From the human T2T-CHM13v2.0 reference genome, Homo sapiens, in NCBI RefSeq assembly GCF_009914755.1, contig NC_060934.1: a stretch of 64,000 bases of DNA. The stretch is one strand, 5' to 3'. Each line of letters starts with the position of its first letter. The first letter of the stretch is position 1. Shown one piece after another: positions 12,095-31,493 of this stretch. The position numbers and the translations under genes were made by a program. The notes below the pieces were generated by a model. That model ran no database searches. It worked only from the letters and a program-made list of their open reading frames with translations, and was not told the DNA's origin.

Positions 12095-13905
12095 AGTACT
12101 TCTTATTGGTCTGTTCAGGTTTTGGATTTCTTCATGGTTCTATCTTGGTTGTGTGCTTCCATGAATTATTCATTTTTTTCTACGGCTTCCAATTTGTTGG
12201 CATATAGTTGCACAATTCAGTGGATCTCTAATGATTCACTGAATTTGTGCATTATTGGTTGTAATGTTTTCTTTTTTCATCCCTGATTTTATTTGTCTTA
12301 TCTCTTTTTTTTCTTAGTCTGGCTAAAGGTTTGTCAAATTTGTTTCTCTTTTCAAAAATCCAGCTTTTCATTTTGTTGATCATTTGTTTTTTATTTCAAT
12401 TTTATTTGTCTCAGCTCTGATTTTTATTATTTATTTTTCCTACTAATTTTGGGTTTGGTTTGTTTTTGGTTTTCTAGCTCTTTAAGATGCATCATTAGCT
12501 TGTTTATTTAAAACTTTTCCTCTTCTTTATGTAGACACTTATTGCCACAGACTTTCCTGTTAGTACAGCTTTTGCTGTATTCCATAGGTTGGTATGTTGT
12601 GTTTCCATTTTCATTTGTTTCAAGAAACTTTTAAATTACCTTCTTAATTTCTTCATTGACCCACTGGTCATTCAAGAGCATATTGTATAATTTCCATGTG
12701 TTTGTGTAGTTTTCAACCTTCCTCTTTTTATGGATTTCTAGTCACATTCCATTGTGGTTAGAGAAGATACTTGATATAATTTCAATTGTTTTGAACGTTT
12801 GAAGATTTAATTTGTGGCCTAAAATATGGTCTTTTCTTGAAAAAGACCCATGTGCTGAGAAGGATGTGTATTCTAAAGTCATTAGGTGAAATGTTCTGTA
12901 AACATCTATTAAGTCTATTTGGTCTATAGTGCAAATTAAGTCCAATATTTCTTTGCTGATTTTCTGTCTGGATGATTTTTCCAGTGCTGAATCTGTGATT
13001 CTGAAGTCTCCAACTATTATTGTATTGGGGTCTGTCTCTCCCTTTAGTGCTAGTAACATTTGCTTTATTTATCTGAGTGCTTCAATGTTGGGTGCATATA
13101 TATTTACAATTATTATATCCTCTTGCTGACTTCTTTATTATTATACTGACCTTCTTTGTCTCTTTTTATAGGATTTCTCTTGAAATCTGTTGTCTGATAT
13201 AAATATAGCTACTGCTGCTCCATTTTTATTTCCATTGGCATTGGATGTCTTTTCCATCTCTTTATTTGCAGTCTGTATATGTCTTTATACATGAAATGTG
13301 TTTCTTGTAGGCAACAGGTCACTAGGTCTTGCTTTTGATAAATTGAAATTGATAAATTCACTCATTGAGCAACTGATAAATTCAGCCATTCTATGTCTTT
13401 TGATTGCATGGTTTAGTCCATTTATGTTAAATTTTATGATTGATAAGTAAGAACTTACTCCTGCCATGTTTTTGTTTTCTGGGTGTTTTGTGGTTTTCTC
13501 TTCATTTTTATTTTCTGTCTTCCTTTTAGCAAGGGTGATTTTCTCTGGTGGTATTTTTCAATTTCTTACCATTTTTTTTGTATCTGTTGTAGGCTTTTAG
13601 ATTTGATTTAGGTTAGATTACCATGAAGCTTGCAAATACTGTGTTATAATACATTATTTTAAACTGAAGACAACTTAACACTGATTGCATAAACAAACTA
13701 ACCAAGAAACAAAGAAAAAACTAACAACAACTCTCCACTTTACCTTCATCCCCTCACTTCTTAAATTTTCATTGTTTTGATTTATATCTCATTATACTGT
13801 TTATGTCTTGAAAAGTTGTTGTAGTTATTTTCATAAGTTCATCTTTTAGCCTTTCTGGTCAAGATATGAGTATTTTACACACCACAATTTCAGTGTTATA
13901 ACATT
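12095..13905 (-). mobile_element. Old L1M fragment (inter-ORF region and ORF2 endonuclease)
   Basis: ORFs MAGVSSYLSIIKFNINGLN (ORF2 start) and NTIIVGDF...IDVYRTFH...FSRKDHILGHK. Confidence 0.93.
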
Positions 13906-13909
13906 TTTT

Positions 13910-14430
13910 ATGAAATTGACAAGAATGTGCACTCTACTGTTTTTAGATGCAGTGTTCTATAAACGTTCATTTGGTCAAATTGTTTACAGTGTTGTTTACA
14001 TATTTACATCTTTACTGATTATCATCTTACTTGTTTTATCAGGTTTTTAAAAAGTCATGTTGAAGTCTCTAACTACAATTGGGAACTTGTCTATATCTTC
14101 TGTCAGTTCTATGAGTTCTTGTTGCAGATATGTTTACATTCTGTTGTTAAGTACATATAGTTGTAATATTGCTATGTCATCTTGGGAAATTTATCACATT
14201 ATTGCATAATGTCCCTCTTTAACAATAATACTGTTTCTTCTTCTGAAATCTATTTTGTATGATTTTAATAAAGCTACAGTAGTTTCTTTTTAGTGTTTTC
14301 ATAAAATACCTTCCTCCATCATTTTGCTCACTCAGTGTCTTTATATTTTAAGTGACGTTCTTTTTCTTTAGACAGTTTGTAATTAGGTCTTGATTTTTCC
14401 ATCCAATCTGACAATCTCTGTTTTATAACA
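13910..14430 (-). mobile_element. Ancient L1ME-type ORF2 endonuclease fragment
   Basis: Degenerate second copy of EN sequence (gttgaagtctctaactacaatt, cataatgtccctcttta, atccaatctgacaatctctg). Confidence 0.75.
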
Positions 14431-14434
14431 TGTT

Positions 14435-14940
14435 AAAAAACCCATGTAAAAGTGCCAATTCTCTCAGGATTGATTCATAGACTCAATATAACAAAAGTCA
14501 AAATCTCATCAAGCTCTTTTTTTAAAAAAAATTGATGAAAGGTTTTACATTTTCTAGACAAATGCAAAGACATAATATAGTCAAGGCAATTTGAAAAGGT
14601 ACAAAATTAGCAGACTTACACTACTAGATATTAGGATGATTGACAAGCTACCAAAATATAAGTCAATATGTTTTTGGTAAAAAATAGACAACTACAAAAA
14701 TGTAATACAATAGAGACTCCAAACACAAATCCACATATATACGTATTTCTAATTTAGGACATTATCTTCACTACAATTCATTGAGAGATTGGAAATAATC
14801 TCTTTAGCATATATCAACGGGTAAGTTTGATTTCAATATGGAGAAAAAAACAGAACCTTAAACCCTATCTTATCTACTACCACATTAAAAAATTTGATTC
14901 CAGGCATATAGTAGACATAAATATATGATGTAAAACATTA
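14435..14940 (+). mobile_element. Ancient L1ME-type ORF2 3' fragment (host of the L1PB insertion; continues at 17484)
   Basis: ttgattcatagactcaat, gacttacactactagata, gacataaatatatgatgtaaaacatta. Confidence 0.7.
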
Positions 14941-17441
14941 TATAATGTCCCTCTTTGACTTTTTAAACTGCTGTTGCTTTAAAATCTGTTTTGTCTGATA
15001 TAAGATTAGCTACTTCTGCTAGATTTTGATGTTCATTTGCATAGAATATCTTTTTCCACCCCTTAGCCTTATGTGAGTCCTTATGTGTTAGGTGAGTCTC
15101 CTGAAAACAGCAGACACTTGGTTGGTGAACTCTTATCTATTCTGCCTTTCTGTATCTTTTAAGTGGAGCATTTAGAACAGGAAAATATCATAATTCTAAA
15201 TATACATGCGCTTAACACTGGAGCTCCAAAATTTATAAGACAATTACTACTAGAACTAAGAAATGAGATAAATAGCAACACAGTAATAGTGGGGGACTTT
15301 AATACTCCACTGACAGTGCTAGACAGGTCATCAAGACAGAAAGTCAGCAAAGAAGCAATGGATTTAATTATATCCTACAAGAAATAGACTTGGGCATCCA
15401 AATTGGTAATGAGGAAGTCAAATGTTGCTATTTGTTGATGATATGATTGTATACCTAGAAAACTCTAAAGACTAATCCAAAAAGCTCTTAGAAAGGGTAA
15501 ATGAATTCGGCAAAGTTTCAGTATAAAAAAAGTACAAAATGTACAAAAATCAGTAGCTCTGCTACACACCAACAGTGACCAAGCTGAGAATCAAATCAAG
15601 AACTCAACCCCTTTTATAATAGCTGCAAAAAATAAAACAAAATACTTAGGAATATACCTAATCAAGGATGTGAAAGACCTCTACAAAGAAAACTACAAAA
15701 CTTGCTGGAAGAAATTATAGATGACACAAACAAATGGAAACACGTCATATGCTCATGGATGGGTAGAATCAATATTGTGAAAATGACCATATTGCCAAAA
15801 CCAATCTACAAATCCAATGCAATTCCAATCAAAATACTGTCATCATTCCTCACAAAACTAGGAAAAAGAACTCTAAAATTCATATGGAACCAAAAAAGAG
15901 CCTGCATAGCCAAAACAAGACTAAGGAAAAGGAAAAAATCTAGGGCATCACCCTTACCTGACTTCAAACTATACTAAAAGGTCATAGTCACCAAAACAGC
16001 TTGGTAATGGTATAAAAATGGCATGTAGACCAATGGAACAGAATAGAGAACCCAGAAATAAAGCCAAATACTTATAGCCAACTGATCTTTGACAAAGCAA
16101 ACAAAAACATAAAGTGGGGAAAGGACACCCTATTCAACAAATGGTGCTCGGATAATTGACAAACCACATTTGAGAATGAAACTGGAACCCCATCTCTCAC
16201 CTTGTACAAAAATCAACTCAAGATGGATCAAAGACTTAAATCTAAGATGTGAAATCACAAAAATTCTAGATGATAATATTGGAAAAACACTTCTAAGTCT
16301 TTGGCTTAGGCAAAGACTTCATGACCAAGAATCCAAAAGCAAAGGCGGCATAAACAAAGATAAATAGATGGGATTTAATTAAAATAAAAAGATTCTGCAC
16401 AGCAAAAGAAATAATCAGCAGAGTTAACAGAAAACCCACAGACTGGGAGAAAATTGTCACAATCTACACAACCAACAAAGGACTAATATCCAGAATCTAC
16501 AAAGAACTCAAACAAATCAGCAAGAAAAAAACCCAATTCCATCAAAAAGTTGACTAATGACATGAATTGACAATTCTCAAAGAAGATACATAAATGGCCA
16601 ACAAACATATGGAAAGATTCTCAACATCACTAATTACCAGGGAAATGCAAATAAAATCCACAATGTGATAACACCTCACTCCTGCAAGAATGGCCATAAT
16701 CAAAATATCAAAAAACAATAGATTGTGGTGTAGATGTAGTGAAAATGGAAAACTTTTACACTGTTGGTAAGAATGTTAACTAGAACAACCATTATAGAAA
16801 ACAATGTGGAGATTCCTCAAAGAACTAAAAGTAGATCTACCATTTGAACCAGCAGTCTCACTCCTGGGTATCTACCCAGAGGAAAAGAAGCCATTATACA
16901 AAAAAGATGCTTGCACACCCATGTTTATAGCAGCACAATTCGCAATAGAAAAAATATGAAACAAGCCTAATGTCCATCAATCAATGAGTGGATAAGTAAA
17001 ATATGATATGTGTGTGTGTGTATATATATATATATACACACATATAATATATACATAGATAGATATATATATATATACACATATAATATATACCATGGAA
17101 TTCTACTCAGCCATAAAAAAGAATGAAATTATGGCATTTACATAACCTGGATGGAATTGGAGACCACTATTTTAAATGAAACAATTCAGGAATGAAAAAC
17201 TAAACATTGCATGTTCTGACTCATATGTGGGATCTAAACTATGAGGACCCAATGGCATAAGAATGATACATTGGATGTTGGGGACTTGGGGGAAAAGATG
17301 GTGAAGGATAAAAGACTACACATTGGGTTGAGGGTACACTGCTTGGGTGTTGGATGTGCCAAAATCTCATAAATCACCACTAAAGAACTTATTCATGTAA
17401 CAAAACACCACCAGTTTCTCCAAAACCTATTGAGATAAACA

Positions 17442-17483
<42 letters not shown>
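14941..17483 (+). mobile_element. L1PB1-type element with 5' inversion and large internal ORF2 deletion
   Basis: 14941-15173 is reverse-strand EN; 15174-15391 forward EN; jumps to RT ([16 protein letters not shown]); L1PB 3' UTR; (TAAA)n tail 17442-17483. Confidence 0.92.
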
Positions 17484-19025
<1,542 letters not shown>

Positions 19026-19334
19026 TGCACATATATAATATATATACATAGCATCTATATAAAGTTTACAAAGTAAATGTCTCTGTTTGTGCTTAATCTG
19101 CTATTAGTTCATGTTTTCTGAAACTCAGATCTCCAAACTGTTTAATTCATTCCACATCTAGGACCAGTTATTTCTATAAAGAATGGAAAAAAATGCTCCC
19201 ATCATATGTCATACACACACACACATCATGGTATATTCAAATGCATGGAATCTAGAAATACCTTAAGCAAAAGATTAGGTCAAAGATAGAGAATAGTACA
19301 ATTATATATATAGTAAATATTAGTAAAATGTAAG

Positions 19335-21225
19335 AATGACTTGCAATGGCATCAAAAAGAATAAAATACTCAGAATTATATATAATTCAGGAAGTGCAAG
19401 ATATTAATACTGAAAACTACAAAACTTTTTGAAAGAAATTAAAGAAGACCTCAATAAATGTAAATAGAAAGACCTGTGTTCATGAATTAAGAATTGTAAT
19501 CGTGTTAAGATGATAATACTTCCCAAAATGATCTGCAGATTTCATGAAAAGCCTATCAAAATGCCAACTGCCATTTACGCAGAATTGAGAGACAATCATG
19601 AATTACATATGGAATTGCAAGCAAATAACAAATATTTTGAAAAAAAGAACAAAGTTGGGGAACTCAAGCTCTCCAATTTCCAAACTTACTACAAAATTAC
19701 AGTAACCTAATAAGTGTGATGTTGGCATAAGGATAGTCATATAGATCAATGAAATAGAATTGAGAGTCTGGAAATAAATTCATAAATCTAGGTCAGTTGA
19801 TTTTTGTCAACAATACCAAGATAATCCAATGGAAAAAGAATAGTCATTTTAAAATTGGTACTGGAACAACTGGATAACTACATGCGAAAGAATAAATTTT
19901 GGTACTTATCACACATCATACGCACAAAAAAGTCCCAAAATAGATCAGACAAAAATTTCAGAACAAAAACTACAAAAGTATTAGAAGAAAACATTGGGGT
20001 AAATTGTCATAATTTTGAGCTTGGCCGAGGATTCTTAGATATGAGACTAAAGCACAGCAAGAAAGAAAAAAAATTGTTAAATTAGACTTCATCAAAACTA
20101 AAACTTTCATGGATCAAAGTTGGAGAACTTACATTTCCCAATTTCAAAACTTGCTACAAAGCTACAGTAACAAAATAAGTGTGATGCTGGCATAAGGTCA
20201 TATAGTCATATAGGTTAGTGGAATAGAATTGAGAGTTTGGAAATAAATTGTGTGTGTGTGTTTGTGTGTGTGTGTGTGCTAAGTGTTTAGTATTCAAAAT
20301 ATACAAATAACACTTAAAACTGATCAACAAAAATACAAATAACCCAATTTAGAAATGGACAAAGGACTTAAATAGACATTTCACCAAAGAAGATATATAA
20401 ATGTCCTTTAAGCACATGGAAAGATGCTTAACATTATTAGTCATTAGGGAAGTACAAATCAATACTTCAATTAAATATCACTTCACATCCACTAGGATGG
20501 TTAGAATCAAAAGTCAGATATCAATAAGTGTTGGTGAGGATGTGAAGAAGTTGGAATCTGCATACACTGCTGGTCAGAATGTAAAACAGTCTAACTCCCC
20601 TGGAAAGCACTTTAATAGTGCATCAGGAATTTAGACATAAAATTACCATATAATTCAGCAAGTCCACTTCTAGGTATGTATTCAAGAGAGTGGATAACAG
20701 GTGTCTAAACAAAAAAATCTGCACACAAATGTCCATAGCAAAATTATTCACAATAGCTAAAAAGTGGAAACAACCCAAATGTCCATTCATAGAGAAATAG
20801 GTAGACAGAATGTGACATCGCCATATAACAGAATATTATTCAGCCATAAATACAAATTTAAAAAATTTAAGTACTGATACATGCTACAACATGGATGAAC
20901 TGTCAAAACATGCTATTTTTAAAATGTCATATACAAACAGCCACATATGGTATAATTACATTTATATTAAATTTCAAGAATGGGAAAATACACACAGAGA
21001 GAAAGCAGATTACCGAATTGCCATGGGGTGGGGATAGGGAGATGGCAGAGTGACTGTTAATGGTTATGGGTTTCTTGTTGGAGTGATGAAAATATTCTGG
21101 AATTAATGGCGATGGTTGCTAAATATAGTAAATCTACAAAACTGCTAAATAAACTCTATAAAATGATTAAAATGGTAAATTTTATGTCAGATGAATTTCA
21201 CCTCAATTAAAAACAAAACAAGAAT
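19335..21225 (+). mobile_element. L1MB-type 3' portion
   Basis: ORF2 C-terminal remnants (MIILPKMICRF, HMERCLTLLVIREVQI) and L1MB 3' UTR (gagtgactgttaatggttatggg...gatgaaaatattctggaatta). Confidence 0.9.
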
Positions 21226-21879
21226 AAAAGAATGCATGGATGACTGAACAGAAAGTGTAACTCTATAAAAGCACACTTTACCTCTTAATCGTGAAAGGTT
21301 TCTCAGAGACTCAAAAGGGGTGCTCGTATTTCACATTTGAGAATAATGAGATTCAATTCACAACAGCAGAAGACTCCCAGTTTTTTAAGAATATTCTGAG
21401 ACTCCATTCACTAACTCTAATAAGAAAAATGTGTTATATTCTGTTCTATTGCTAACACTGTGGTAGGCAATTTGTAATAGAACTAAGGGACAGTTCTTAT
21501 TCCTCAAATTTGTGCAAATAGTTTAAGAAAAAAGATCTGTTGAAAATAAAATATTTGGGGCACAATAAAGGAATTTTGTCAAAATGAGAACTGTATTTAT
21601 AATTTCAATGGCTGAAAGTTTAATTGGACAGCATGTATGTTAGAATCAAAATTGAAACCAATCTAGCACAACTGAGCAAGTTTCATAGGATAGATAGGAA
21701 TTGACATAGATCTTGGTGAAAAATGATTTCAATATGAAAAAATAAAAATGTGTCTATAATAACACAGAAAGGATTTAAGATATTTAAAATAGAGAAAAGG
21801 AACTGAGCACTAACTCTTCCAAGGCACTGAGATGCAATTCGCAATTAGATACTCAAGCAAAAATAGTAGCATACCCCAA

Positions 21880-22020
21880 ACACTGAGGTAAGCATTATTA
21901 TTATCATTAAACAAAAAGCAAGCAAACAAACAAACTTTCTGAGTTATTCAGTAACTTGCCCTAAGATCATAAGACCAAATAACAGAAAAGTCGGGGTTTT
22001 AACTTAGTTCAGTCATAAAG
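21880..22020 (-). mobile_element. MIR fragment
   Basis: ctgaggtaagcattattattatc...cagtaacttgccctaagatcata. Confidence 0.55.
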
Positions 22021-22989
22021 CTCATGGCATTATCAGACTGTCTTTAAATGGATACAATTAATTCATTTCTTAATTCTGTAACGAAAAGAGGAGGCATAGT
22101 TATGCCTACGTTACTCTCCGACTGAGAGACATCTCAAGGTTATATGCATACAGGCTCAAGTTAGCACAGTGACTGTCACAATGACACCTGCCTACTTCAT
22201 ACGTATCATTCATCTTTATTTGTGTCATGTTTGTGCTTTGATGCCAAAGACATTTCAAGTCCTTTATGTCAGGTAAGACAACCGTTACATTCAAAACTGG
22301 CCAAATTGTGTTTCTAACTTATGTTCTTTGCCATAAGCCAAAGGAACAATGTATTTTAGATAGATTTTTAACATATTTTCAATTTTGTGAGAATATGTTT
22401 CAGGAGTGTCACCTTGATTGCCCAGATGACAAACCTTACAAAGAATATTCAGGATTTGAGGATTGAAATATAGTATAGTCACTGCTAAAATAATCACAAA
22501 CAATTCTAAAAATGGAAAATGTTACTTCTCTGATTCAGTTTAAATCCTTTCTGTAGCCGTCTGTGGAGATCACCTGATGCTTTCATTCCTGGTGTGTAAC
22601 ACTGGCTAAGGAGAGTGGACATGCATAGTGAGTACAGCTCATCAGGTCTAGGGATATGTTTCAGAGAGAAGTCTATATAGTGTCCCAAGAACACACATCC
22701 TGGGACATTAAGCATCTTAAAAGGAATCATGTAGTGTCCCCTCACTTCTCATTTTTCATACCAGAGCAAACTTTAATTTCAGATTTTTCATTTCCTGAGG
22801 TGTATGTCTAGAATTAGGGTAATGAATGAAGAATTCTGAAATGGAGTTGGCCAGATTGGCTTGTATGTTTTTAGACTCTTACCAATGCTTTCATAGATTT
22901 AAGAGAAATGGTGGTGCAAAAGAATGACCAGACTCTTATTATATTTGCATTCCGTAACTTTTTGAAATTTTTACTTTCTTAGAACTAAT

Positions 22990-23570
22990 TTTCATATCGT
23001 TTATTTATTGCCACAATAACCCTCAATAAAAGTCACCAAATCTCAGTTTTGTACATTAATAAACATTTCTTTTTGCTCATCAGATGTGGGTCATTATGCT
23101 GATCTGAAATGGTGTCAGCTTAGCTTAATCATACCTCGGGGTCAGCTGTGACTCAGTTGCAGATTGGCTTTGATGCTCTTGGCTGGGTGCTCTCAGAAGT
23201 TCAGGGTCTTTAAAAAATGTTTAAAAAAAAAAAGAAAAATAAGTTTGGGGCCTCAGGTGAGACCACAGAGCTTACTTATTTGGCTCTGCTCCATGGTCTT
23301 TTCTCTTTCAGCAATAGACTCCAGGCATGTTCCGTTAAAGGGTTCCAAGCGATAGTGGGAATGTGCAAGGCCCTTTGAGAACTAATCTCAGAATTAGCAC
23401 AGTGTCACTTCCATCATATTCTATTAACCAAAGTAAGTTACAAGTTTAGCCCAAGTTCAAGGTGTAGTGAAACAGACTCTACAGCTCCTCAGGAGGCTCT
23501 GCAAAGCCATCTTACGAAGCTCATGAAAATACAAATAAACAGATTGTTTAGACCATTTTTATAATTAAAC
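22990..23570 (-). mobile_element. MLT1-type MaLR LTR (old)
   Basis: ttattgccacaataac...ccaaatctcagt...taaacattt; cagaattagcacagtgtcacttccatcatattctattaaccaaag typical of reverse MLT1. Confidence 0.75.
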
Positions 23571-24914
23571 TATTATTCCAGGAATAATGACAGAAATAGT
23601 AGTGAAGAGTATGAGCTAGGCCAAGATGGCAGACTAGAAGCACTAGTGTTCAGAGGCTCCCATCGGAAAAAAACATAATAAGCATGTGAATCCTTCACCG
23701 GCAACCAAGGTGTCCAAGTTCTCCCATCAAAATTGACTAGAAGGCTAGCGTGACCCACAGAGAAAAGGAAGAACAGTGTGGTGCAGTGGCCTACCTAAGA
23801 GCAACACGGGGAAAGGGAACCCCCACCTCCCAGCCAAGGGAGGCAGTGAGTGAGCGTGCTACCCAGCCAGGGAAACTGCTTTTTCTGCAGAACTGTGCGT
23901 GCCGCGGATCAGAAGATCCCATTTGCAAACCCATGCCACCAGGGCCTGGTGTCCCAAACCCAGAATACGCAGATTCTTACAGCCTCTCAGCTGGAATCTG
24001 CTTAAGCCTACCAAACTCCCAGAGGGAGGGGTGACCAGCACCAGCTGCAGCTGCCAGCTCTCTAAGCCACTTGAGCTCTCTTGGGGAGGGACAGCAGCCA
24101 GCACTGGGACTCACAAATGCCTAACACGCTAAGCTCCCTGAGCGGGGGAAGGGTGGCACCCATTTATATAGCTCCAGTGCACTTTTCCCCTGCTGGAGCC
24201 AGAGAGGCTGGATGGCTTGGTCCCAAGACATGTCCCCACAGCCCAACACACCAGCTGTGGCAATCTGTGGCCAGAGTGCTTCTTCAGGCCCAACCTGACC
24301 TATCCTGCCCTGCAGGGCAGGGCTTCCCTGCAGGATCTCCAATAACTCCAGCCAGAGGCTTAGGGACAGAATTCAAACCTCCCTGACCCAAAGCCCCTAG
24401 GGGAAGGGGTGGTTGCAGTCTCTGCAGACAGCCGACTTAGCCTTTCCACCTGGTTGTTCTGAGGAATCCAGGGAGCCTAGATGAGTGGGTTCCCCCCAGA
24501 TAAACACATCCTCTCCATCAAGGGACAAAGTGCTTCTGGTCCTGCTCCCCATGCCACCCAACTGGGTGGAACCTCCAACAGGGGTTGTCGGACACCCTAT
24601 ACAGGAGCGATCCTACTGGCATCAGATTGGTGTCCCTCAAGGTCAGAGGTCTTAGAAGAAGGAGTAGGCACCCATCTTTGCTGCTCTCCAGCCCCCTTGA
24701 GTGACATCTCCAGGCATGAGAAGCAATCAGATAAATAGGGCCTGAAGTGAACCCCCAGCAAACTACAGCAGCCCTACAGAAGAGAGACCTGACTATTGAA
24801 AGAAAAACACACAAGCAGAAAGTGACAATGACACCATCAACAACAAAAAACACCCCCACAAAAACCCTATCCGAGGCTCAGCAGCCTCAAAGACCGAAAC
24901 TAGACAAACTCACG

Positions 24915-25940
24915 AAGGGTAGAAAGAATCAACGAGAAAATGCTAAAAATCTAAAAGGCCAAAGTGCCTCTTCTCCTCCAAATGACTGCAACGTTTCTCC
25001 ATCAAGGGCGCAGAACTGGATGGAGGATCAGATGGACGAATTGACAAAAGTAGGCTTCAGAAGATCGGTAATAAACTACACTGAGTTAAAGTAGCATGCT
25101 CTAACTGAATGCAAAGAAGCTAAGAACCTTGATAAAAGGTTAGAGGAATTGCTAACTAGAATAACCAGTTTAGAGAGGAGTAAAAATGACCTGATGGAGC
25201 TGAAAAACACAGTACGAGAACTTCGTGAAGCATACACAAGTATCAACAGCTGATTTGACCAAGGGGAAGAAAGGATATCAGAGTTTGAAGACCACCTTAT
25301 TGAAATAAGACATGCAGACAAGAATAGAGAAAATATAATGAAAAAGAATGAACAAAGCCTCCAAGAAATATGGGACTTCATAAAAAGACAAAATCTATGA
25401 TTGATAGGAGCACCAGAAGGAGATGGGGAGAACTGAAACAAGCTGGAAAAAACACTTCACAATATTATCCAGAAGAACTTACTCAAACTAGCAAGACAGG
25501 CAAACATGCAAATTCAGGAAATACAGAGAACACCATTAAGATACTCCACGAGAAGATCAACCCCAAGACACATAATAATCAGATTCTCCAAGATCAAAAT
25601 GAAGGAAAAATTGTTAAGGGCAGCAAAAGAGAAATGCCAGGTCACCTACAAAGGGAAGCCCATCAGACTAACAACGGACCTCTCAGCAGAAAATCTACAA
25701 GCGAGAACAGATTGGGGGCCAATATTCAGTATTCTAAGAAAACAATTTTCAAGCCAGAATTTCACATCCAGCCAAACTAAGCTTCAAAGCAAAGGAGAAA
25801 TAAAATCCTTTCCAGACAAGCCAATGCTGAGGGATTTTGTAATCACCAGACCTGCCCTGCAAGAGCTCCTGAAAGAAACACTAAATATGGGAAGGAAAAA
25901 TCAGTACCAGCCACTGCAAAAAACACACCAAAATAGAAAG
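24915..25940 (+). pseudogene. L1 ORF1p remnant
   Basis: RKNQRENAKNLKGQSASSPPND; MQIQEIQRTPLRYSTRRSTPRHIIIRF...RPALQELLKE; start codon lost, internal stops. Confidence 0.93.
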
Positions 25941-26001
25941 ACCAATGAGACTGTTAAGAAACTGCATCAACTAATGTGAAGAATAACTAAATAACATCAT
26001 G

Positions 26002-29826
<3,825 letters not shown>

Positions 29827-30651
29827 ACATTGAGAACACATGGACACAGAGAGGAGAACAACACACACCAGGGCCTGTTGTGGGGTGGGGAATCAGGGGA
29901 GGGAACTTAGAGGATGGGTCATAAGGTACAGCAAAACACCATGGCACATGTATGCCTATGTAACAAACCTGCATATTCTGCACTTGTATCCTCCAACTTT
30001 TTTTTAGAAGAAATAAAGAAAAAAATGTATATAGTACATTCAGGACTCCAGAAGACCTTGTCAAGTCCCTTCTCTGAAGAATGTTTCACAAAATATTTAG
30101 TGGGCACTCTAATGGGGAGATTCTAGGGCAATACATCCACACTTCCTGAGCTTCATAGAAGGAGCAGCATATTCCAGGGGCTGGGCATTGTACGGCCATC
30201 TGAAATCGAAGTGGAATGAGCCCAGTCAAGAATGAGACACAAAGTCAGGAGGAAAGAGATAAAAATGGAAGCTGTATTGCAGACAACAGCAGATTGGAGA
30301 AGACAGCTTGGATCTATAGCCCCAGTCCATCTCCTAGTACCTGTGGCCATGAGTTCAGTTCACACACCCATAAACCCATCTCCCTGCAGAGACAGCACCC
30401 TTGTCAGGAAGCGCTTCACTGCATCAGTGACAGAGGCCTGCGGCTTCAGAGCATACTGCTTCCAGAGATAGGAAACCACGCTGCTGAGTGCTCAGCACTT
30501 CTCTCAATCTCACCAAGCAGATAAGGCACCAAGTGAAGGTGGATGAGAGAAGGGTAGAAGTTATCTTCCTAATGTTTCTAATTTTCCCTTTAAGAAACTG
30601 AAATGGAAGTTTTGTTATATTCAAACATGAAGATTCAGAAATATGGTCCCA

Positions 30652-30940
30652 GGCCAGGTGCAGTGTCTCACACCTGTAATCCCAGCACTTTCAGAGGCCA
30701 AGGCAGGAGGATTCCTTCAGCCCAGGAGTTCAAGACAAGCCTGGACAACATAGTGAGCCCCTGTCTCTACAAAAAAATGAAAAAGCCAGGCACTGCAGTG
30801 CATGCCCATAGTCCCAGCTACTCAGATAGCTGAGGTGGGAGGATCACTTGGGCTCCAGAGGCCAAGTGTGCAGTAAGCTATAATTGCACCACTGAACTCC
30901 AGCTTGGGCAACAGGGCAAGTCCCTGTCTCAAAAAAAAAA
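30652..30940 (+). mobile_element. AluJ
   Basis: J diagnostics (ggaggattccttcagcccaggagttc, gtgggaggatcacttg); diverged. Confidence 0.93.
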
Positions 30941-31087
30941 GAAGAAAAGAAAAGAAAAAGGAAGGGGAAGAGAAAGAAAGAGAGAGAAAGAAAGAAAGAG
31001 AAAAAGAAAGAAAGGAAGGAAGGAAGGAAGGAAGGAAGGAAGGAAGGAAAGAAAGAAGGAAAGAAAGAAGGAAAGAAAAAAAGAGAG
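30941..31087. repeat. GA-rich polypurine repeat ((GAAA)n/(GGAA)n) grown from the AluJ tail
   Basis: Pure purine tract by inspection. Confidence 0.95.

Positions 31088-31493
<406 letters not shown>

Noticed and set aside
22100-22750. Possible exons (cag|gtaaga donor at ~22272)
   Set aside because: No convincing matching acceptor or coding signal; isolated splice-like motifs are common.
30130-30570. GC-richer island with several ORFs as a possible exon
   Set aside because: No recognisable protein or paired splice sites; it weakly resembles an ancient MLT1-type LTR, too uncertain to annotate.
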